Assembly (NCBI GenBank): GCA_039934835.1
Contig: JBDTLK010000001.1
Location: forward strand, 455 to 64,454
Length of the DNA: 64,000 bases
Direction: 5' to 3'
From: Casimicrobiaceae bacterium
GTDB lineage: Bacteria; Pseudomonadota; Gammaproteobacteria; Burkholderiales; Casimicrobiaceae
Position 1 is the stretch's first letter. Every line of letters starts with the position of its first letter. The translations under genes and the position numbers were made by a program. Positions 60,835 through 64,000 of the stretch are shown here, piece after piece. The notes beneath the pieces were generated by a model. That model was not told where the DNA came from, ran no database searches, and worked only from the letters and a program-made list of their open reading frames with translations.

Positions 60835-61218
60835 ATGACAGAGGGCGCAGTGTCAAACGCGCGCGGACTGGTTATCTTGGTAGAGGACGATGCAGGGATG
60901 AGAGAAGCGCTTGAGCGCGTGTTGGTGGCTACGGGCTTCGATGTCAGGAGCTTCTGTTCAGCGGAAGCTGCATTGCAGGATCACGGCACGCTCGATGCAC
61001 GCTGTTTGGTTCTCGACATTCACTTGCCTGGCCTGTCCGGATTCGAGTTGTACGATCGGCTCCGCGCGGTGGATCGCAGGCCGGCAGTCGTCTTCATCAG
61101 CGCGCGAGACGATGCGCACCATCAAGCCCGGGCGATGAAACTCGGTGCGCTTGACTATCTCGTCAAACCATTTTCCGGCCACGCACTTTCCGCTGTGGTT
61201 GCCAAGGCGTTTGCATGA
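60835..61218 (+). CDS. Stand-alone response-regulator receiver domain (CheY-like)
   Basis: ATG at 60835. LVILVEDD, phospho-acceptor context CLVLDIHLPG, VVFISA and DYLVKPF. 127 aa with no output domain, and no kinase gene in the window. Confidence 0.8.
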   Translation: MTEGAVSNARGLVILVEDDAGMREALERVLVATGFDVRSFCSAEAALQDHGTLDARCLVLDIHLPGLSGFELYDRLRAVDRRPAVVFISARDDAHHQARAMKLGALDYLVKPFSGHALSAVVAKAFA

Positions 61219-61462
61219 ACAAGAATCCGGCCACCGTCGAGAAGGCTGAATATGACCGGCCCGGCACTCGCGGTCACGTTGCGCTGGTGAAGACACGGCA
61301 GATCGCGCCAAAGCGAAGTGGCTGGTCGAGCACGTTCGGCGACACTTCTCTGGGCTGACAAGGAATCGCAGGCGCGTAACACCGATAAGATATGGCTGCA
61401 TCAGGTTTTAGTCCGCGGTGATTGCATCGAACGATGCTCATTGGGAAAAATTGAAGGCTGAT

Positions 61463-63271
61463 ATGAACAAGAAACTCATTATTGTCCTGGGCTCGCTGTT
61501 TGTACTGGGCGTCGCCATCGCAGGCATCCTTTACGTCACGTTCCCCGTGCAGATGACGACTTACGGCGGGATGGGATTGAACTATCTGAAGACGCTATCC
61601 GCGCCGGCCGGCACCCTCGCCACGGAAGCGAATCCAGCTTACAAGGCGCCCGTGGCGGTTGCGTCCGCGCCATTGACGGACCCTGTCTGGCCCAACGCAG
61701 CGGCCGGTGACTGGCCCAGCTACAACCGTACACCGACCTCGCAGCGCTTCTCGCCGCTTGACCAGATCAACACCAAGAACGTCGGCAATCTGAAGGTTTT
61801 GTGCACTTTCGACGTCGGCACCATTACCGCCTTTGAATCCGGATTGATCATGGTGAACAACGCCTTGATCGGCACCACCGAGTACGAGATTTTCTCGATC
61901 AATCCCGCCAATTGTGCTTTGAACTGGCGCACCCACGTGAAGTCCGCCGGAGCGCTGTTGCCGGCCAACCGCGGCGCCGCCTACATGGACGGCATGCTGT
62001 TCCGTGGCACGCAGGACGGTCGCATGCTGGCCTTCGATTTCAAGACCGGTAAGCAGCTTTGGGATACGGTGATTGCCGATCCGAAGCATGGCGAGTCGGT
62101 ACCGGCGGCGCCGATCGCGTGGGACGGCCTGGTCTACATCGGCAATGCGGGCGGAGACTTCAAGGGCGGCAAAGGGCACGTGTTCGCGCTCGATGGCAAG
62201 ACGGGCAAGGTCGTCTGGGAGTTTTTCCTCGTGCCCAAGGTTGAGGGCGACGTGGTCAGGGGTCCGCTCGGCAAGACGCCGCTCGACGCCGCGACCTGGA
62301 ACAACGCGCCGGGCGTGCCTATCAGCGGTGGCGGCATGTGGACGTCGCTGACGCTCGATATCAAGAATGGTTTGTTGTACGTGCCGGGAGGCAACCCTGC
62401 GCCCGACTTTGCATCCGGTGCGCGCGGAGGGAGCAACCTGTATACCGACTCCGTGGTGGTGCTCGACACCAAAACGGGCGACTTCAAGAACACCTTCAAG
62501 GTCGTGCCCAAGGACTGGCATGACTACGACGTATCCAATCCCCCGATCCTGCTGCAAACCATGGGCGGCAAGCAGCTCATGTCGGTCGCGCCGAAAGACG
62601 GCCATCTGTACGGTTACGATCTGGCCGACAATCGCCTGCTCTACCGCATGCCGGTGACGACGATCGAAAATGACGGTCAGGATTTCGCCGTCGGTCAGAA
62701 CGTGCATTTCTGCCCGGGACCAGTGGGTGGAGTTGAATGGAACACACCGGGCTTCGATCCGACCACCAACCTCATCATGAGCGGTTCCGTCGATTGGTGC
62801 GACACGGTGGAGATCAAGGACGACAAGAAACTGGCCGACGTGAAGGTTGGCCAGCCATTCACTGGAATCGCGTATCTGAACCCGATCAACATGTTCGGCA
62901 AGGAAGCCAGTACCGACGGCCATTGGGCGGGGTGGATCTACGCGTCCGACGCCGATTCAGGTGTCTGGAAATGGCGCGCCAAGTCCAACTATCCGATCGT
63001 AGCGGCCATTACGCCCACGGCTGGCGGGGTGATGTTCTTCGGCGATCTGGGAGGCAATTTCTATGCGCTCAATTCCTCCACCGGGGAGAAGCTTTGGAGC
63101 CAAGTATTTGGCAGCGGCGGCGCGATTGGAGGGGGTGTAATCACGTATACCGTCGACGGCAAGCAAAGAGTTGCCGTGGCGGCCGGGTTCACGATGGTCG
63201 CGTGGCCGGTGAAGCCGTCGAGCGCCCGGGTAGTGATCCTGGGTCTGGATGACAGCGCTCCGAAGCAATGA
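61463..63271 (+). CDS. PQQ-dependent dehydrogenase (beta-propeller quinoprotein) with an N-terminal membrane anchor
   Basis: ATG at 61463. One TM helix (LIIVLGSLFVLGVAIAGILYV), ...GDWPSYNRTPTSQRFSPLDQINTKNVGNLKVLC..., and repeated W-docking propeller motifs (...ALDGKTGKVVWEF..., ...ALNSSTGEKLWSQ...). It lacks the adjacent Cys-Cys pair of type I alcohol dehydrogenases. Confidence 0.8.
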   Translation: MNKKLIIVLGSLFVLGVAIAGILYVTFPVQMTTYGGMGLNYLKTLSAPAGTLATEANPAYKAPVAVASAPLTDPVWPNAAAGDWPSYNRTPTSQRFSPLDQINTKNVGNLKVLCTFDVGTITAFESGLIMVNNALIGTTEYEIFSINPANCALNWRTHVKSAGALLPANRGAAYMDGMLFRGTQDGRMLAFDFKTGKQLWDTVIADPKHGESVPAAPIAWDGLVYIGNAGGDFKGGKGHVFALDGKTGKVVWEFFLVPKVEGDVVRGPLGKTPLDAATWNNAPGVPISGGGMWTSLTLDIKNGLLYVPGGNPAPDFASGARGGSNLYTDSVVVLDTKTGDFKNTFKVVPKDWHDYDVSNPPILLQTMGGKQLMSVAPKDGHLYGYDLADNRLLYRMPVTTIENDGQDFAVGQNVHFCPGPVGGVEWNTPGFDPTTNLIMSGSVDWCDTVEIKDDKKLADVKVGQPFTGIAYLNPINMFGKEASTDGHWAGWIYASDADSGVWKWRAKSNYPIVAAITPTAGGVMFFGDLGGNFYALNSSTGEKLWSQVFGSGGAIGGGVITYTVDGKQRVAVAAGFTMVAWPVKPSSARVVILGLDDSAPKQ

Positions 63272-63316
63272 CGGGCGGCAATCGGTTGCGGTCGAGTAGC
63301 TAGGGGCAACACATCA

Positions 63317-64000
63317 ATGGAACTCGATCCGGTCTTCCTGTCGCGCCTGCAGTTCGCCTTCGTCATCACGTTTCACATCATCTTCCCAGCGTTCACGATC
63401 GGCCTGGGAGCGTGGCTGGCAACCATCGAGGGCGCGCACCTTGTCACGGGTAATCCCATTTACCGGCGGGTGTTCGACTTCTGGATCAAGATTTTCGCAC
63501 TGTCCTTCGGCATGGGGGTGGTGACAGGTGTCGTGATGGCGTTCCAGTTTGGCACCAACTGGGGTGTGCTGGCCGAGAAGACCGGCTCAATTCAGGGTCC
63601 GCTGCTCGGCTACGAATCGTTTACCGCCTTCATGCTCGAGGCGAGTTTTTTTGGCGTCATGCTGCTCGGTCGCAATCGCGTGTCACCGCGATTTTATTTC
63701 TTTGCCTGCTGCATGGTTTCGCTCGGGACGATGTTTTCATCCTTCTGGATTCTCGCCAATAACAGCTGGATGCAGGTGCCGGTCGGCTACACGATCGTGA
63801 ACGGCAAGATCATTCCCACGGACTGGTGGGCCATCGTGACGGGCCCGGTCATGATGGTACGCTGGCCACACATGTTACTCGCCGCGTTCCTGACCTCCGG
63901 GATGTGTGTCGCGTCCACAGGAGCCTGGTACACGCTGCGTGACGTTCACCGCGCCGAGGCGCGCGTGATGCTGAACTGGGGTCTGGCGCTGGTCGCGGTG
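63317..64000 (+). CDS. cydA: Cytochrome bd-type ubiquinol oxidase subunit I, N-terminal part (3' end outside the window)
   Basis: Not in the ORF track because there is no stop in the window. My translation from the ATG at 63317 reads MELDPVFLSRLQFAFVITFHIIFPAFTIGLGAWLA...FWIKIFALSFGMGVVTGVVMAFQFGTNW...GYESFTAFMLEASFFG..., which are canonical CydA/CioA motifs. Confidence 0.85.
   Translation, partial: MELDPVFLSRLQFAFVITFHIIFPAFTIGLGAWLATIEGAHLVTGNPIYRRVFDFWIKIFALSFGMGVVTGVVMAFQFGTNWGVLAEKTGSIQGPLLGYESFTAFMLEASFFGVMLLGRNRVSPRFYFFACCMVSLGTMFSSFWILANNSWMQVPVGYTIVNGKIIPTDWWAIVTGPVMMVRWPHMLLAAFLTSGMCVASTGAWYTLRDVHRAEARVMLNWGLALVAV

Noticed and set aside
60007-61460. Direct repeat of the tRNA-Lys 3' end (attR-like) or an integrase remnant downstream of the tRNA
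   Set aside because: The closest string (AGTCCGGgtgctttcGGCAC near 60670) is interrupted and too degenerate, and no frame shows integrase-like sequence. An island boundary therefore cannot be demonstrated within the window.

Overview
High-GC (about two thirds G+C by eye) chromosomal segment. The gene order looks betaproteobacterial: gshB-EIIA(Man)-ptsH-ptsI, and gatCAB divergent from mreBCD-mrdA-rodA. This taxonomic call is inference from synteny only. The window is almost entirely core housekeeping genes:
- atpD(3' end)-atpC, glpD, a phosphonate ABC uptake operon, and glmU-glmS.
- An rluF-like/mazG-like/methyltransferase operon.
- A roughly 10 kb molybdate/tungstate block: two moeA paralogs, modABC, a ModE-N-only regulator, tupABC, and a ModE-N+PBP-like regulator.
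- gshB and a PTS phosphorelay with two tandem HPr genes, then metXW, ampG, two ABC-F ATPases, xthA, pyrE, can, and gatCAB.
- A long same-strand envelope cluster (mreBCD-mrdA-rodA-rlpA-tolB-pal-cpoB), then mutY and an ECF sigma/anti-sigma module.
- yeeE-like, tRNA-Lys(UUU), and a more A/T-rich flank carrying a decayed ORF, an orphan receiver, a PQQ dehydrogenase and the start of cydA.

I found no transposases, integrases, CRISPR arrays, rRNA or recognisable defence genes. I do not see a clear-cut novel system.

The most system-like observation is the Mo/W locus. The same PBP-like domain is fused both to a MoeA enzyme and to a ModE-type DNA-binding domain, and Mo-box-like operators sit in both divergent promoter regions. 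Other points worth a second look are:
- the tandem HPr pair, whose second copy lacks Ser46;
- a structured leader plus terminator in front of metX;
- a ParA-like ATPase appended to the phn operon;
- a three-module Zn-ribbon/Yip1 membrane protein;
- gene remnants after glmS and after tRNA-Lys.

Many long ORFs in the supplied track are antisense or alternate-frame artefacts of the high GC content. Several true starts lie internal to the listed ORFs, because the track also opens ORFs at GTG/TTG.
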